Origin: Octopus vulgaris
Taxonomy: Eukaryota
Length of the DNA stretch: 64,000 nt
Assembly: GCA_951406725.2 (NCBI GenBank)
Contig: OX597820.1
Location: 70,494,001 to 70,558,000, forward strand
Direction: 5' to 3'
Position 1 is the first letter of the stretch, and each line of letters opens with the position of its first letter. Position numbers and translations under genes: made by a program. The notes under the pieces are model-generated. The model did not search any database, was not told where the DNA came from, and was given only the letters and a program-made list of their open reading frames with translations. Shown in pieces: positions 25,101 through 39,526 of this stretch.

Positions 25101-26190
25101 TCAAATTTTTAACTATAGAAAATATCTCTTCTAAAGAAAAAGAAATATTTATGATAATCAACTTTTCGCAAATTCTAAGGCTGATGTATATGTGTGTGAT
25201 CTGTAGTGAAAATGACCAAGATACCTTCAACCAAAATATTACTCTGAGTTTCTTTAGCAGTGTGGCCTGCTTTATGATGAGCCATATCCCACGCGTCCAC
25301 AACTCAGAGGTGGTTGACCACGACCGAAGCAGAGGCTCCTTTGTGTGCCAGGAGTTTATCCCATAGGATATGAAACTCACCGCACAGAATCTCGAGCAGA
25401 GGTTCTCAATGTAGGCGCTGGACATGTCGTACACACACACACACACATGTATATATATACTCACACATACACACACACACATACATATATATATGTATGT
25501 ATATGCATAAGTGTGTATATATGTATGTGTGACTGTTTGTTTTTCCTTGTTATAACGTCGAGTGATGGTTGTAAGCTAGAGTCCCTGTCATACAAGTGGT
25601 GTCACTTGTTTGCTGTCTTCTTTGAAAACATGCCCGGCCAAAGTGTAAAATTACCTTGCTTAGAAATAAGTGACGGACGGGCAAACGACCGTAGAAAAGT
25701 TGTCTCAGAGAATTCCGTTTGATCTATGCAAGCACAGAAAAGTGGACGTTAAAATGATGGTGATGATGATAAAGATGATGATAATGACGATGATATATAA
25801 GCATTTGTTTATCTTACACAGACTCAGTTACTTGAATGTTCAGGATCAAAAAGTAACTCTCTATTTAAACCATAACAATAAGCTTCAATAAGCAAATGTT
25901 AAAATATTCAAATCCATTTTGATTGTAGTAGCGTCGCAAAATGAATATAAAGATAAGAGGAAGGAGAAAGGGAAGAGAAATATTGATACAAATAATGAAC
26001 AATATTTTGAGTCTCCTTTTACGTTCTTTTGTGTTTCTCTGTTATAAAACTACAAATCAGATGTATTAGCCATGATATACAATTTAAATATTATCTGGAA
26101 CAATTGTTAGCTACAGTTCGCTAGTGGATGAGTGAATTACGAAGCGCATATATATGAGCGTGTGCATGTGTGCTTGTTCATGAATATATG

Positions 26191-26258
<68 letters not shown>

Positions 26259-28440
26259 GTGTGTGTGTATGCATATATATATATATGTATCTAATATATA
26301 TAATATATCTATATTTAATATATATATATATGTGTGTGTGTGTGTTGTAAGCATTGACGCATGCACACACATACACACGTGTGTGTGTGTGCATCTTTTA
26401 ATAATCATAAAAGTATTCACAATTCACCAGAATTTTCAAATTTAATTAAATTATTTGCTGACATCTGCTCCAAGTATAGCTTTTCAGAGAATGAAATTCT
26501 ATCATAAAAAATATCAGAACATCAACTGTAACTACAAAATCCAATATTACAGAGAAGCTCGATATATTCGTTTGTATGCAATAATGATAAATTATAGTGA
26601 AATGAAACTATCGCAAAAAATATTTCAAGAAAGATTTCGAAGTTTGAATTAAGAAACACGGTACGACGAAACTAAGTTATTTTATACATTTACGCTATTG
26701 ATTTGATGATGTAGTTACTTTTACTGTGCCAATTATTTCTTGGATTTTACGTTTTACAGTTTAAAGTACCATGGTGTTTTTTTATTGTAATTCCGTAGAA
26801 CATAGACTTTCTTTTCGTCCATCTAAAGTCAATAATAATAAGATTCTAATTTAGACATAAAGTAATACGGCGAGTTGGCAGAGTCATTAGCGCGCAGGAT
26901 AAATTGCTAAGCAGCATTTCATCCATCTTTAATTTCTGAGTTCAAATTCCGCCCAGGTCTACTTTGCATTTCATCTTTTCGATGTCGATAACATAAGTAC
27001 CTGTTGGACTTACTCCTTCCTACGAAATTACTAGTATCGTACAAAAACATAAAACCAATATAGACATAGGGATACGTATTTGCCAGGAGTTGCCTTAGTT
27101 CAGTAAATCGATTCAAGAAAGATGAAAGATAAAGTTGACCTCTTGTAGCTTTTGAGCTCAGATGAGATCAAAAGAGCAGATGCTCCAAGACATTTTGTCT
27201 GACGCTCGAACATCTCTTCTAGTCCAGCGCCATTGATAACAGCTTCAAAGTATAGGCACCAAGTCTAAAATTTGGAGAAAGCGGTCAGTTAGTTAAATCG
27301 GGCTCCACTACTTGACTTAAATGTTATTTTAGCAACCCAGGTGGGACAAAAAGCAAAGAGGATGTCGGTGGGATTTAAACTTCGAAGATAAAAAGCCCGA
27401 AAAACACTGTAGCTATTGGATAGTCAGGAAAATTCGTTCGTTTTTTTTACTCTAATTTATTTTAATCCTTTCCTCTGCTAATTGAATGAACACGAAAAAT
27501 ATTTCCATCGTACTGTTTAATGTTTGTTTCTTGTTTCTTAATAGATCTATTCTTTACAAATTTTGCTTTTTCTTATTTGAAATTTAATGTAATATAGCCT
27601 TTGCGAAATATTTGAAGATTTCTTCGTTGGTATTTACTTTGTTATGCTTTTTCTCACTATATAGGTTTGTTATAATGAATTTGGGGCATTACTTCGGTTT
27701 TCTTAACACATCTGATCCAGAGAAATATTTTCACAAAAGTAATTTTACATCAAATCAACATGCCGTCAGCCAAAACTATCTTTTCCTTCCTTTTTTCACA
27801 ATCTCATTAAATGTCACCAAGCCTTGAGTTTACTGCACTTCAATTTTATCGGAATGTTTGGAATATGTTTCTAATTAGTTTTAAAAGCAATACATCAGTA
27901 GCGCATGTGTAACAGTAGATTTCAGAAAAATCAATATGTGTTGTAGAGACTATTTACAATACAGTTATTAGTCCAACACAATTAGCATTTTTAGATGATC
28001 CGCTTTACTTTCTTGACATCAATTTAAACTGGGATGTTAGGAATTAGGCGTACTGTGTTACGAGATTTCAGATCTAAACTTATGAAGCAGTCGTCCAATA
28101 CTGTATCACCTCAACGACATGCCACGTTGCTAATTATTTTGGGAAAATACTTAAGTGGAATACCAATAACTAGTTGCTGGAGTTCGGTTTCTAAACAAGC
28201 ACTCAAGAAGCTGTTAATGTTTCTCTCCAATGCTGCATTGTTTAATTAACTTCATAATAACATAACTGTAATTATATGTGCGGTGAGTGCCGTAGTCGAG
28301 GTAACATGGTAAGGAAACAACACTTCTACGTGTTCGTTCGATCTGCTAAGAATTGCAACTAAATCTCGCTCAAATCACACCATATCATCTCAAAATAGGA
28401 AACTTTACATTATACATGTAGTTTTAAATAGCCCCTAAAA

Positions 28441-28683
28441 AGAGAGATGATCACAGCCGGAATGTTTTTGTTCATCTGTTATCTAGATCGAGGCTAATAA
28501 CAACTCCTGTCACAGTTAATATGAGAAGCAGTTTTGGATCCTGATTAAAGAAATTTCAGTCACTTCGCTTCTGCTCCTAGGAAAAGAATAATCTTGTCTG
28601 ATTATGTTCTTCCCATTTTTTGATGTTAATAGGAGTGTACATCTGTTGATGACCACCTCAACCCATATCCATCACTAAAAATA
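28441..28683 (+). repeat. Left arm of a 243-bp inverted duplication
   Basis: Reverse complement of 30071-30313 with ~11 substitutions counted by eye. Confidence 0.92.
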
Positions 28684-29119
28684 AATAAATTGACTTTCGT
28701 TGTTGTTTATTGCTTGGCAAATATTACACTTGGCAATCATATGATCAGTGATATTTCAGTCATAGCTGAACACACAGCCTATGTATGACTATCTAGGATT
28801 ACATTAACAAATATATCCTTCATCTGTTTTAAAGATAGCGAGGTGCAGATTGAGAGGTATTTAGCTTCTATTTTCAGCGGGCGGGCTGACTACATACAAG
28901 CTCTTTTCTGGGCTGCAGAATAAAACATTGGCTGCTCATCTAATTGCTGCATAAAGTAAATATTTATATTCTTTTTTATTTCATTTAAGAAAAACTATCG
29001 TACTCGTTACCGCGTAGGACAAAATGCTTTGCAGCATTCCCTCTGGCGGTGCAAATCCGGCTGAGATCGACTTTGTCTATCACTCTTTTGGAGTCAATAA
29101 AATAAAGTACCATTAAGTA

Positions 29120-29410
29120 GTGGAGGCACATGGCCTACTGGTTAGAGCAGCGGATTCGCGGTCGAGGAATCGCGGGTTCGAATCTCAGACCGGGCGATGT
29201 GTGTGTTTATGAGCGAAATACCTAAGCTCCACGCGGCTCCGGCAGAAGATAATGGCGAACTTCTGCTGACTCTTTCACCACAACTTTCACTCTTTTTTCT
29301 TGCAGCTCACCTGCGACGGACCGGCGTCCCGTCCAGGTGGGGAATCCTATAAGCCAAGGAAACCGGCTCTTATGAGCCAGGCGTGGCTCGAGAAGGAACA
29401 AACAACAAAC
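29120..29410 (+). mobile_element. SINE family B (tRNA-Arg-like head), near full copy
   Basis: GTGGAGGCACATGGCCTACTGGTTAGAGCAGCGGATTCGCGGTCG..GGTTCGAATCTC head; (AAAC)n tail. Confidence 0.8.
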
Positions 29411-29716
29411 CAGTTAAGTACTCGTGTGGACAGTGTCGACTAATCCCTTTCCCTCAAAATTACTGGCTTTGTGCGTAAACCAATAAAAGCAGTATTTAAT
29501 TTAGGGATGGACGACGGGCTTACAGAATCGATAGAGCGCTGGGACAATGCTTTGTTAATATTTGTATCAACACTTGAGTTCAAATTCCGCCGAGGCCGAC
29601 TTTGCCTTTCATCCTATCGGGATAAATAAAAATAATGAAGTCGATTTACCCTCCACCCCAAAACTGCTGGCCTTGTGCCTAAATTTCAAAATGATATTTG
29701 TAGCGAGACTATTATT

Positions 29717-29788
29717 GGGGATATAGCTCAGTGGCGGAGGGTTCGCATCGCAAGCGTAAAGTCTCGGGTCTGAGAGCCGGTATCTCCA
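29717..29788 (+). pseudogene. tRNA-Ala(CGC) pseudogene
   Basis: 72-nt cloverleaf with acceptor stem GGGGATA/TATCTCC, G3-U70 pair and anticodon CGC; T-loop is TCTGAGA (B-box lost) and the D, anticodon and T stems have mismatches. Confidence 0.75.
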
Positions 29789-30070
29789 AACTTATTCTTC
29801 AGGGCGGCGAGTTGGCACAATCGGTAGCGCACCGGGTAAGATGACTTGGCGGCATTTCTTCCGTCTTTACGTTCTGGGTTCAAATTCCATTGCGGTCGAT
29901 TTTCCCTTTCATTCTTTCGAGGACGATAATATAAGTACCAGTTGACCGCTGGGGTCAAGTAATTAGCATATCTCTCCCCTCAAATTACTGGCTTTGAAGC
30001 CGTTATTTGTACCTGCACGTTCACGAGTTGACGTAGACTTTCATCCCGCTAGACCCGATGAAAATTTATA

Positions 30071-30313
30071 TATTTTTAGTGATGGATATGCGTTGAGGTG
30101 GTCATCAACAGAAGTACACTCCTATTAACATCAAAAAATGGGAAGAACATAATCAGACAAGGTTATTCCTTTCCTAGTAGCAGAAGCGAAGTGACTGAAA
30201 TTTCTTTAATCAGGATCCAAAACTGCTTCTCATATTAAGTGTGACAGGAATTGTTTTCAGCCTCGATCTAGATAACAGATGAACAAAAACGTTCCCGCTG
30301 TGATCATCTCTCT
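30071..30313 (-). repeat. Right arm of the 243-bp inverted duplication
   Basis: Pairs with 28441-28683. Confidence 0.92.
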
Positions 30314-30594
30314 GATTAGGGTATCGATTAACCGCCTTATTTCAAATTTGCTGGCGTCGTATATAAATCAGAAACAATTATTTCATTTAAACCATAGCAG
30401 GATCGCACAAAATATCCTCCTCTATTTATTCTGGTTCTTTGCGTACAAATCCCGCTGATGTCGACTTAGCCGTTCATCTCTCCTCGATGCAATTAAAAAG
30501 TTCAAGAATTGGACGTTTTTTGTTATCGACAAATCCTTCCAATGACACAAGCAAAAATTCCAGGTTTTGTGCCTGTTTCTATTTTTTATCTTTT

Positions 30595-30641
<47 letters not shown>

Positions 30642-31019
30642 GGACTGCGGTCAAGCTAGGGCACTACCTCGAAGTGTTTAGCCGATACTTTGTTCTATCC
30701 ATCTCTTTTGCAGAACAGGATGATAGTTACGGGAATGTAAACAAACCAACACCAATTTTCAAATAGTGGGTGTGATAAAAAGACACACACACTATTGTGT
30801 GCGAATGTAGATAGATAGGTAGATAGATAGATAGATATGCTGGGTTTCCACGTAGCTTCATTTTACCAAATTTCTTTACAAGGCATTATAGAAGACGCTT
30901 GCCCAAAGCACTGCACAGTGGGGTTGAACCCAAAACCCTGCGACTGCAAAGCGAACTTCTTAACCACATTGCTGTGCTTGCGACAGCATTTATTTTAGAA
31001 ACAATTGTTTAAAATACTG

Positions 31020-32185
31020 CTTTTGAATTTTGACACAACGCCAGCAATTTTAGGGGGGGAGGGAAAGTCAGTTTCATCGAAACCAGTACTTACTTAGTAT
31101 TTATTTCAAAAGACTTTAAAAGGATGAAAGCAAAGTCTTCCTCAAAGTCTTTTGAACTCTGAACGCCGGAAGAAATGTCTCTAACTATTTTGCCCTCTGT
31201 TCTTACGATTCTGCCAGCTCACTGTCTTAAGTAATTATTTCTACTCTAAGCACAAGGACTTGAAAATTTAGGGAGAAGGGGGCTAGTCGATTACATCGAC
31301 CCCAGTGTTTCACTGGTATTTAATTTATCGACGTCCGAAAGAATGAAAGGCAAAGTCGACCTTGGCGGAATTTGAACTCAGAACTTAACGGCAGACGAAA
31401 TACGGCCAAGTGTTTCGTCCGGCGTGCTAATGATTCTGCCAGCTCACCGCCTTAAGTAAGCGATAATACCACAACAAGATGTGATAATTAAGTTAAAATT
31501 CATCGAAGGAAGATCGAATTCATTGACTACAGTGTGAATTTGATCGTTCATGTCTTTCTCTGTAACATTTATTAGTTAAACGATATCAAATATCTCTACT
31601 GTAGGAAATTCAAACCGACTGTAATTACGTTTAACAGAAAACTATGGAGTGTCTCTTACTATAAGAAACCCTATTTAAATTGTCAATGTTCAGTTAAAAT
31701 CACTGAATATTTAAGAACGAATATATACAGAGAATAAGGCGGCGAGCTTGCAGAAACGTTATCATTCCGGGCGAAATGCTTAGCAGTATTTCGTCTGTCT
31801 TTACGTTCTGAGTTCAAATACCGCCAAGGCCGACTTTGCCTTTCATCCTTTTGGGGTCGATAAATTAAGTACCAGTTGTGTATTGTGAGCGATCTAATCG
31901 ACTAGCCCCTTCTCCCAAGATTTCGAGCCTTGTGCATAGAGTAGAAAAGAATATATAGAGAGAATATAAGACGGTGAGATGGTTGAAGCGTTAGCACGTC
32001 GAGCGAAATGCTTAATGCCATTTAGTCTGTCGTTACGTTCTGATTTCAAATTCCGCCGAGGTCGACGTTGCCTTTCATCCTTTTGGGGGTCGATAAATTA
32101 AGTACCAGTTGCGTACTGGGGTCGATTTAATTGACTTGCCCCCTCCCCAAAAATCTCGGGCCTTGTGCCTAGAGTAGAAAAGGAT
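31020..32185. mobile_element. Head-to-head SINE family C copies (two minus at 31020-31455, two plus at 31735-32185)
   Basis: Heads and central domains in opposite orientation ~280 bp apart. Confidence 0.8.
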
Positions 32186-32938
32186 ATATATAGAATTTAC
32201 ATCGTATTGTACAAGACCAATAAGGAAAAGTCTATATGATCGTTCAGTGTTTTAATAAGAAAGGTTAATTTTTTGCTATATTTTCCTTACTGTTACCATA
32301 ACTACTGTGAAGGCGCGTGGCCAAGTAGTTAGGGCATTGCCTTCACTGTTGCAAAATCGTTGCTTCGGTTCCTAGAGAGGGTGATGCGATGTGTTTTTGA
32401 ACAAAGCACTTCAATTCACATAGCTCCAGTCTCTTCTATATCACACATATATCTGCACAAATAGTGTCGATTGATGGGGGTGGGGTGAGCTAATGTACAG
32501 CACAAACATTTGATCACTATAAATAAATAATCTGTGCATGTTATTTAAAAAGAAATTGCGGAACCCTCATTTATCGTCTACGATTGGAGGGTCTACCACC
32601 ATGACTATGACCATGGCAACATGAATTATTTAGCTTTATTATGAAATCACTATAAATTTTACGGATACACAAACGAAATATTCTATCAACGAATTGCAGT
32701 TAATTAACATTCAACTAATTTTTCAAGGTATTTCACATCGTGCAGTAAAACTAAAATTACGTCAATGACGTTTCACTTTAATTAATTCATAAAAGCCTAA
32801 TGGATTTCTATGTTATGCTAAAATCGTGTATCCTCAGTAAATCCTCATGGTTAAGGCCTTGTTATAATATATTATTTGCTTTGTTAAACTTGAAATCATT
32901 CACATATTTAATTCTGCATTTCATATTTTACGCAACGG

Positions 32939-33295
32939 CTCTCTTTTACTCTCTTTTACTTGTTTCAGTCATTTGACTGCGGCCATGCTGGAACACCACC
33001 TTTAGTCGATTAAATCGACCCCAGAACTTATTCTTTGTAAGCCTAGTACTTATTCTATCGGTCTCTTTTGCCGAACCGCTAAGTTATGGGGACGTAAACA
33101 CACCAGCATCGGAGGTGGGGCGGGCAAACACAGACACACAAACATATATATACGACAGGCTTCTTTCAGTTTCCTCTACCAAGTCCTCTCACAAGGCTTT
33201 GGTCAGCCCGAGGCTATAGTAGAAGACACTTGCGCAGTGGGACTGAACCCGGAACAATGTTGTTGGTAAGCAAACTACTTACCACACAGCCACTC
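32939..33295 (-). mobile_element. SINE family A
   Basis: CTCTTTTACTCTCTTTTACTTGTTTCAGTC tail through to ACCACACAGCCACTC head. Confidence 0.85.
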
Positions 33296-33469
33296 TTTAT
33301 TTATTTATAGTGATCAAATACGAAACATAATGTTGTTAGTAACGGTAGTAGTGGAGATGACAACGCTACCATTATAACATCATCTACCATTATCGTTGTC
33401 ATCGCAGTCAATGCTGCTACTGTACAACTAACATCGCTTACTGTGCGATACTTTCGCCCCACCTCCACG

Positions 33470-33596
33470 CCACGCCGGAGCCTCGTGGAGCTTTAGATGT
33501 TTTCGCTCAATAAACACACAACGCCCGGTCTGGGAATCGAAACCGTGTCCTCCGACCGCGAGCCCGCTACCCTAACCACTGGACTATTGCGCCTCC
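33470..33596 (-). mobile_element. SINE family B head fragment
   Basis: Reverse complement GGAGGCGCAATAGTCCAGTGGTTAGGG..TTCGATTCCCAGACCGGGCG. Confidence 0.75.
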
Positions 33597-34080
33597 CCCT
33601 TGTGCCTATAGTAGAAAGAAATATTATGATCTCGTGTATTTTTAAAAAGTTTCTTTTGCTATGAGAAAAAATGTTCGTATAGGTTTTATATTTGTCTATA
33701 TCAGCGCACTTAAATGAAGGTCAGCTTAAAACATTATCTGGTGTGCTTAGTTTCAGCTTGAAACGATTTTCCCAAAATATTCTAAATTCATGTCATCATA
33801 TATATTTTAGGTTTCAGTAAATCTGTGCAAGGCCGGGTGCAGCTGATAGTTTGATATATCAAGCATATATAATAATCTAAATGCGACAAAAAGTAGTGTT
33901 TTGATTAAAGCAAAATTACAATATATCTACCTATTGCATTTAACTATGAGTGAACATTTTTGGTAAATTTACTGGGGACTAGTATAAATCTGAAAAAAAG
34001 CATATCATTATAATAAGTAAAGAGTAATATTCGCTAATGAGTTCTGAAAAATAACAAAAAGATGTCTAACGTTGGCTACT

Positions 34081-34620
34081 ATTGAGTGGAGGAGCAGCAT
34101 AGAAAGTGACACTGAAGCACAGTTATACGAAAGCCAATATTCCCATCATGACTACTCCTCTGATAAGGGTACACCAAGCACATGCATTACAAACATATAA
34201 GCGCAACATGGTACTCTCATATCAAGATAAACAGCGCATGACCTTGCAGGTGGGGGCCAGTTAGAATTTTCTTCGGGTCGAGTAGCACACACCGCTCAAA
34301 AAGTCCTCGAATAAGGGTTGTTTAAGTATGATGAACCAAATACACAGTTCGTGGACATATTCTTCCAACCTCAAAGAATCCTTCTACACATGGTTATGAT
34401 GCTCCCCCACTATTCCTGCTCGTAACCAGTGATGCACATATCTTCAGCCACTAAGGGACATGCTCATGTGATTAAGGTCAAGCACCTGAGCAGAATTGAG
34501 CGGTATTCAGCGGAATATTTGCTGAGGACCATCATTTACATCAAAGCGAAACATGTACGTGTTAATTCCAATCAGTTAAGATAAGAATGCGCGAGAGCCA
34601 CTGCCTAATATTTCAAATCA
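34081..34620 (-). mobile_element. Family D element (older copy)
   Basis: Collinear with 21371-21915 and adjacent to (ATT)n. Confidence 0.75.
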
Positions 34621-34638
34621 ATATTGTTGTTGTTATTA

Positions 34639-34693
<55 letters not shown>

Positions 34694-34898
34694 GGCGGCG
34701 AACTGGTAGAAACGTTAGCACACCGGGCGAAATGCTTAGCAGTATTTCGTCTACCACTACGTCCGATTTCCGCCGAGGTCGACTTTGCTTTTCATCCTTT
34801 CGGAGCCGATTAAATAAGTACTAGTTACGCGCTTGGGTCGATGTAATCGACTTAATCCCTTCCCCCAAATTTGAGACCTTGTGCCTCCTGTACAAAGG

Positions 34899-34951
<53 letters not shown>

Positions 34952-35183
34952 GGCGGCGAACTGACAGAATCGTTAGCACGCCGGGCGAAATGCTTAGCGG
35001 CACTTCGTCTACCTTGACGTTCTGAGTTCAAAATCCGCCGAGAGGTTAATTCAAGTAAATCTTCGGCATTGAGCAGAATATTTGTTGTAGCCCATCTTTA
35101 ACAACAAAACAAAACACGTACGTATTAGCAATTCCAATCAGTTAAGATCAGAGTACATGGCAGCCAGTGCCTAATCTTTCAAA

Positions 35184-35237
<54 letters not shown>

Positions 35238-35756
35238 GTATTGTCTTTTCACAGCTTCTAACATTGTAGATGTACTACAAAGTCAGTTGTTCACTACTAG
35301 TGAACTAAGATAACACTCGTTATTTTTCGAGCACCATCCGGAGAATTCGAGTGGTTCCATGCAGTGCTATTTTCTGCAAGTGCTCCACCTTATTGTAGCC
35401 CCTATTTGTTACATATACTTCTCAAGATTTCTACTCACTGTTCCCAGGGCTCCGATAATTATCGGTACTACTACCACCTTTTTCAGTGACTACAACTGCT
35501 TAACCTCCCAAGGTAATCTGTTATATCTATCTACTTTTCTTTCTTCCTTATCGTATACCTTATTGTCAGCTGGACATGCTATATCTATGATCCGGCATCG
35601 CTTGCTTTCTTTCTTAATTAATACTATGTCTGCTTACCTGTTCTCTATCTCATGGTCGCACTGAATCATAAAATCCCATAGGATCTTTGCATTATCATTT
35701 TCGATGATGCCTTCGGGTTTATGTTCGTACCACTTTTTTGCTCTGTCAAGTTCATA
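35238..35756 (-). mobile_element. R4/Dong-clade non-LTR retrotransposon 3' fragment (restriction-like endonuclease)
   Basis: KWYEHKPEGIIENDNAKILWDFMIQCDHEIENR*ADIVLIKK..IIDIACPAD..VPIIIGALGTV..LQKIALHGTTRILR; (AAT)n at both ends. Confidence 0.88.
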
Positions 35757-35809
35757 CTAATAATGATAATAATAATCCATCATAATCCATATGGACAAGT
35801 ATGGACTAC

Positions 35810-35886
<77 letters not shown>

Positions 35887-37384
35887 TTACTATTGTTATT
35901 TATGATTATTGTTATTATTATTATTAATATTATTTATTATTATTAAGGCGGCGAGCAGACAGAATTGTTAACACGCTGGGCAAAATGCTTAGCGGCATTT
36001 TGTCCACCTTGACGTTCTGAGTTCAAATTCCGCCGAGATCGACTTGGCCTTTCATCGATCAAATCGACTGGCTCCTCCTCCCAAATTTTGAGTTTTGTGC
36101 CTATAGTAGAAAGGATTATTATTATTACCGAATATTGTTTTGTTTTTAGCATCAACACATTTCTATGTCTTTAGTACTCCCATCTTAATTTAATTATAAT
36201 TTTTTACATGCAGCTAGCCTTCTAAAACGAGTATACACAGTTAAATTACATTTCAAAATCGTCTGCAGTTGTACGAATTAATTAATTCGAGAGGAATGAC
36301 AGCAATTAAAAAAAGTGTTTTATAAAACAAGGACAGAAAAAGCGTTAGGAATAACATATAATCAGCAAGTAAGCTGAAAAGAATTATTGGCACGCCTTTT
36401 CAAAAAATACTGAAATATCAGTATTGTTTATCACCACAAATACAATCAGGACAGACATCATAGAAACATCTGCTGTCATCACTTTGAAAATATTTTCATT
36501 GCCAGATAAAGTATTTAAGGAATCGGGTGATAGCATTTGGTTGCAAATAAATGAATTCCAACGTGGAATTAATTTGTCATACAAGATTAGTTTTGTTTAA
36601 CTAGCACAAAGATAACACAACGTTTTTTTCTTAAAGAAATAAATTATTGTTTACCGATTCGAAAGAGATATTTAATGGTGTTTTGTTTGCTGGATTGAGA
36701 AGCTGATTATAAATGCTTCCTATCAGAAGTGAAGTACGAGCGGCTACGCAGCAAGAACAGCAAAAATTAAATCCAGTATTTTAATATAGATTTAATACGA
36801 TTAAGTATATATATATATATATATATATATATCAAAGTATACAGTATTATAGATCTATTATAACAGATCTTGCTTATCGGTTTTGCAACGGATATTAAAT
36901 AACCGGATATTAAGTAACAAGGTGGTTATTCAATACACGTGCATTGCGGAGATGACAGGCATGGAAAAATATACCGACTACTCTGTTATTGGAAATGTAA
37001 AATTGTCGCGTCTGGTTTGTTGGTACAGTGAAAAAAGACGAAATGAAGACGCGAGAGAAAACTGGATGAGAGATTTATGAACAGTTATGCTCTTTGGCCT
37101 TCAAACACCTGAGCTAGATTTGATGCAGCAAGAGTCTAGTGGATGAAAATATGTGAAGGGAGTTTAATAGGTTGGTTTGAGGGGAGAGGGGGCAGGTTTA
37201 TGCGTAAGGAATTTTGGAGGAGGAATTTAACCTTATGGTTGTGCTCATATGCGTGTGTCCTTGTGAGCATGATTTGATCAAAGACTTTGCTGAGGTCTCA
37301 GGATTTGAATGTTGGAGGAGCAATGTTGGAGAACTAGGGTATGTATTCAAGATAGAACATGTTAGTGAGATAACATTCACATTC

Positions 37385-37812
37385 TCTCATATGGGCACAA
37401 GCTAAACATTTCGTTTGAGGGAAATTTTTTAAAATAATTCTTTTACAGTTGTGCATAACCTGCATTTTCTGTTATTAAAATAAGGCTTGCTCTTCAGTAA
37501 ATTTTTTGCATCTGTTATCGTAATCGGTGGTGCATTCCATCAATGACCATGCATGTCGAACCAGAACTGTGACATTGCGTCCCACCAGATTACTGAAGGA
37601 GGACTGATAACTGTAGAATCTGTTCCTAAAAGGAACATCTGTTACGTTCATATACTTCAGCACGATTGACTATTCATTGGGGCTCTTTGATATAATCTCA
37701 GAACTATATGCGACTGTTTCTGTGTTGCAGTGGCCGTTAAGAAGACGTGTTTTATCTCTGCATAAGCATTCCACTCCTATCTCAGGTGTGTATCTACTCC
37801 TGCGCCGGGGCA
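37385..37812 (-). mobile_element. Penelope-like GIY-YIG endonuclease remnant
   Basis: CLCRDKTRLLNGHCNTETVAY..KYMNVTDVPFRNRFYSYQSSF..VTVLVRHAWSL resembles the PLE CxC..LxGxC..VVY..YIG..FKxR..H..SF..TxL..HIWxL pattern; contains stops. Confidence 0.65.
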
Positions 37813-37849
37813 ACACATGTATATGTTAATGTACCAAGATAATATATAT

Positions 37850-38065
37850 TTATCTCTTTATTGCCCACAGGGCGCTCAACATAGAAGGGACAAACAAGGA
37901 CAGACAAAGGGATTAAGTCGATTACATCGACCCCAGTGCGTCACTGGTATTTATTTAATCGACCCTGAAAGGATGAAAAGCAAAGTCGACCACGGGAGGA
38001 TTTGAACTCAGAACGTAACGGCAGGCGAAATACCGTGCTAACGATTCTGCCAGCTCGCCGCCCTA
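37850..38065 (-). mobile_element. SINE family C with Tx1-like tail
   Basis: Central domain plus CTTTATTGCCCACAGGG..AGAAGGGACAAA tail. Confidence 0.8.
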
Positions 38066-38457
38066 ATATAATATGTATTATAATTGTTCGGGTATATAGA
38101 CGTGTGTGTACTTGAGTGGTTGGATACTGTATGCGAGTGTGCATAAGTGTACACAGGTGTATATGTATACACATATATATATTTTTATATTAATGTGTGC
38201 ATACACATGTATATGTATGTTGAATTAATAAATAATAATTGATGTAAGTCAATTGTTGTTCATCAATATTTCTCTGTTTTCCGTTTTCTTTAAATTGTGA
38301 TTCTTGATAAACTTATGTTTATCCTTGTCTTTACCTATAGTTTATGAACATAATATGCTTGCATATGTATGCCGATGGTTAGACATAGGTAATATACCGG
38401 TGGTATAATGGATACTTCTGTCCCTTCTACAGTTATTTTCACCTCTACTTCAGTTAG

Positions 38458-38459
<2 letters not shown>

Positions 38460-38514
<55 letters not shown>

Positions 38515-38706
38515 TGTATATATGTATGTATGTATATATATGTATGTATGTATATATGTATGCTTGTATGTATTTATGTATGTATGTATGTATATATATG
38601 TATATATATATATATATATATAATATATATATATATATTTATATATATATGTGTGTGTGTGTGTCTGTGTATACATGTATACATATATATATATATATAT
38701 ATAAAG

Positions 38707-38761
<55 letters not shown>

Positions 38762-38905
38762 GAACACTGAGTTAATTCCCTAATCTCATTTTGTTGAATA
38801 CACACACATACGTGCATGCATGCATACATACATACATACATAAATACATACATACATACATACATGCATGCACGCACACGCATACGCACACATACACACA
38901 CACTT
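38460..38905. repeat. Compound microsatellite (TA)n/(TATG)n/(GATA)n/(CATA)n
   Basis: Direct reading. Confidence 0.95.
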
Positions 38906-39526
38906 ATATTCTATCACCCTTTATCTTTTCTGTTAGCCGAATTAAATGGAATCCCTTCCTTTGTTACATAACGATACCCAATACCGTTATCATTACTCCT
39001 TTGTCTAAATTTTCTTATCAATTTAAGATATATTATTTCCACAACACTCCTCGTTTATTTATTCACGCATAAATGTCTAAGTATGAATTTGTATATTTGA
39101 TAATTAGTTTGGGGGCATGTTTATTTACACTAGTGCTAGCGCTACTGCGGTAAGTACCTCTTTTTCCTGCCATTTCTAAAGCAAACAACCGGTACTGTGT
39201 AAATATTGCAAATTTCAAAGATGTGCGACTGTTTATAAAATGTCTCAAGACAGATATTTCCTCCACCTCAGGTTACGAACAGGCGTTCAAACGTTCTGAA
39301 GCCCCATGGTGATGAAAGGAACAGTACAAAATCTTTTTTTCTTCTTTTTTCAAGCAGCAACATTGGAAGAAAATATCTTGCAGTTCGATGAAACGTGATC
39401 GTTCTAAGGCAAATTAACAACGTGATCGTTCACAAAAGCAATAACGAAAACAACACCAATAATAGTAATAATAATAATAATTATAATAATAAGAATAATA
39501 ATAAGAAGAAGAAGAAGAAGAAGAAT

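Noticed and set aside
25200-25420. Possible mariner transposase remnant
   Set aside because: Only faint motif resemblance and no TIRs found.
38335-38901. Long YI/CV/HT-repeat ORFs here and elsewhere (e.g. 26132-26445, 50446-50944, 61768-62326)
   Set aside because: Translations of microsatellites that lack stop codons.
39157-39173. ATG GCA GGA AAA AGA G|gtac as an alternative first exon
   Set aside because: Weak donor, and phase 1 is incompatible with the phase-0 zinc-finger exon.
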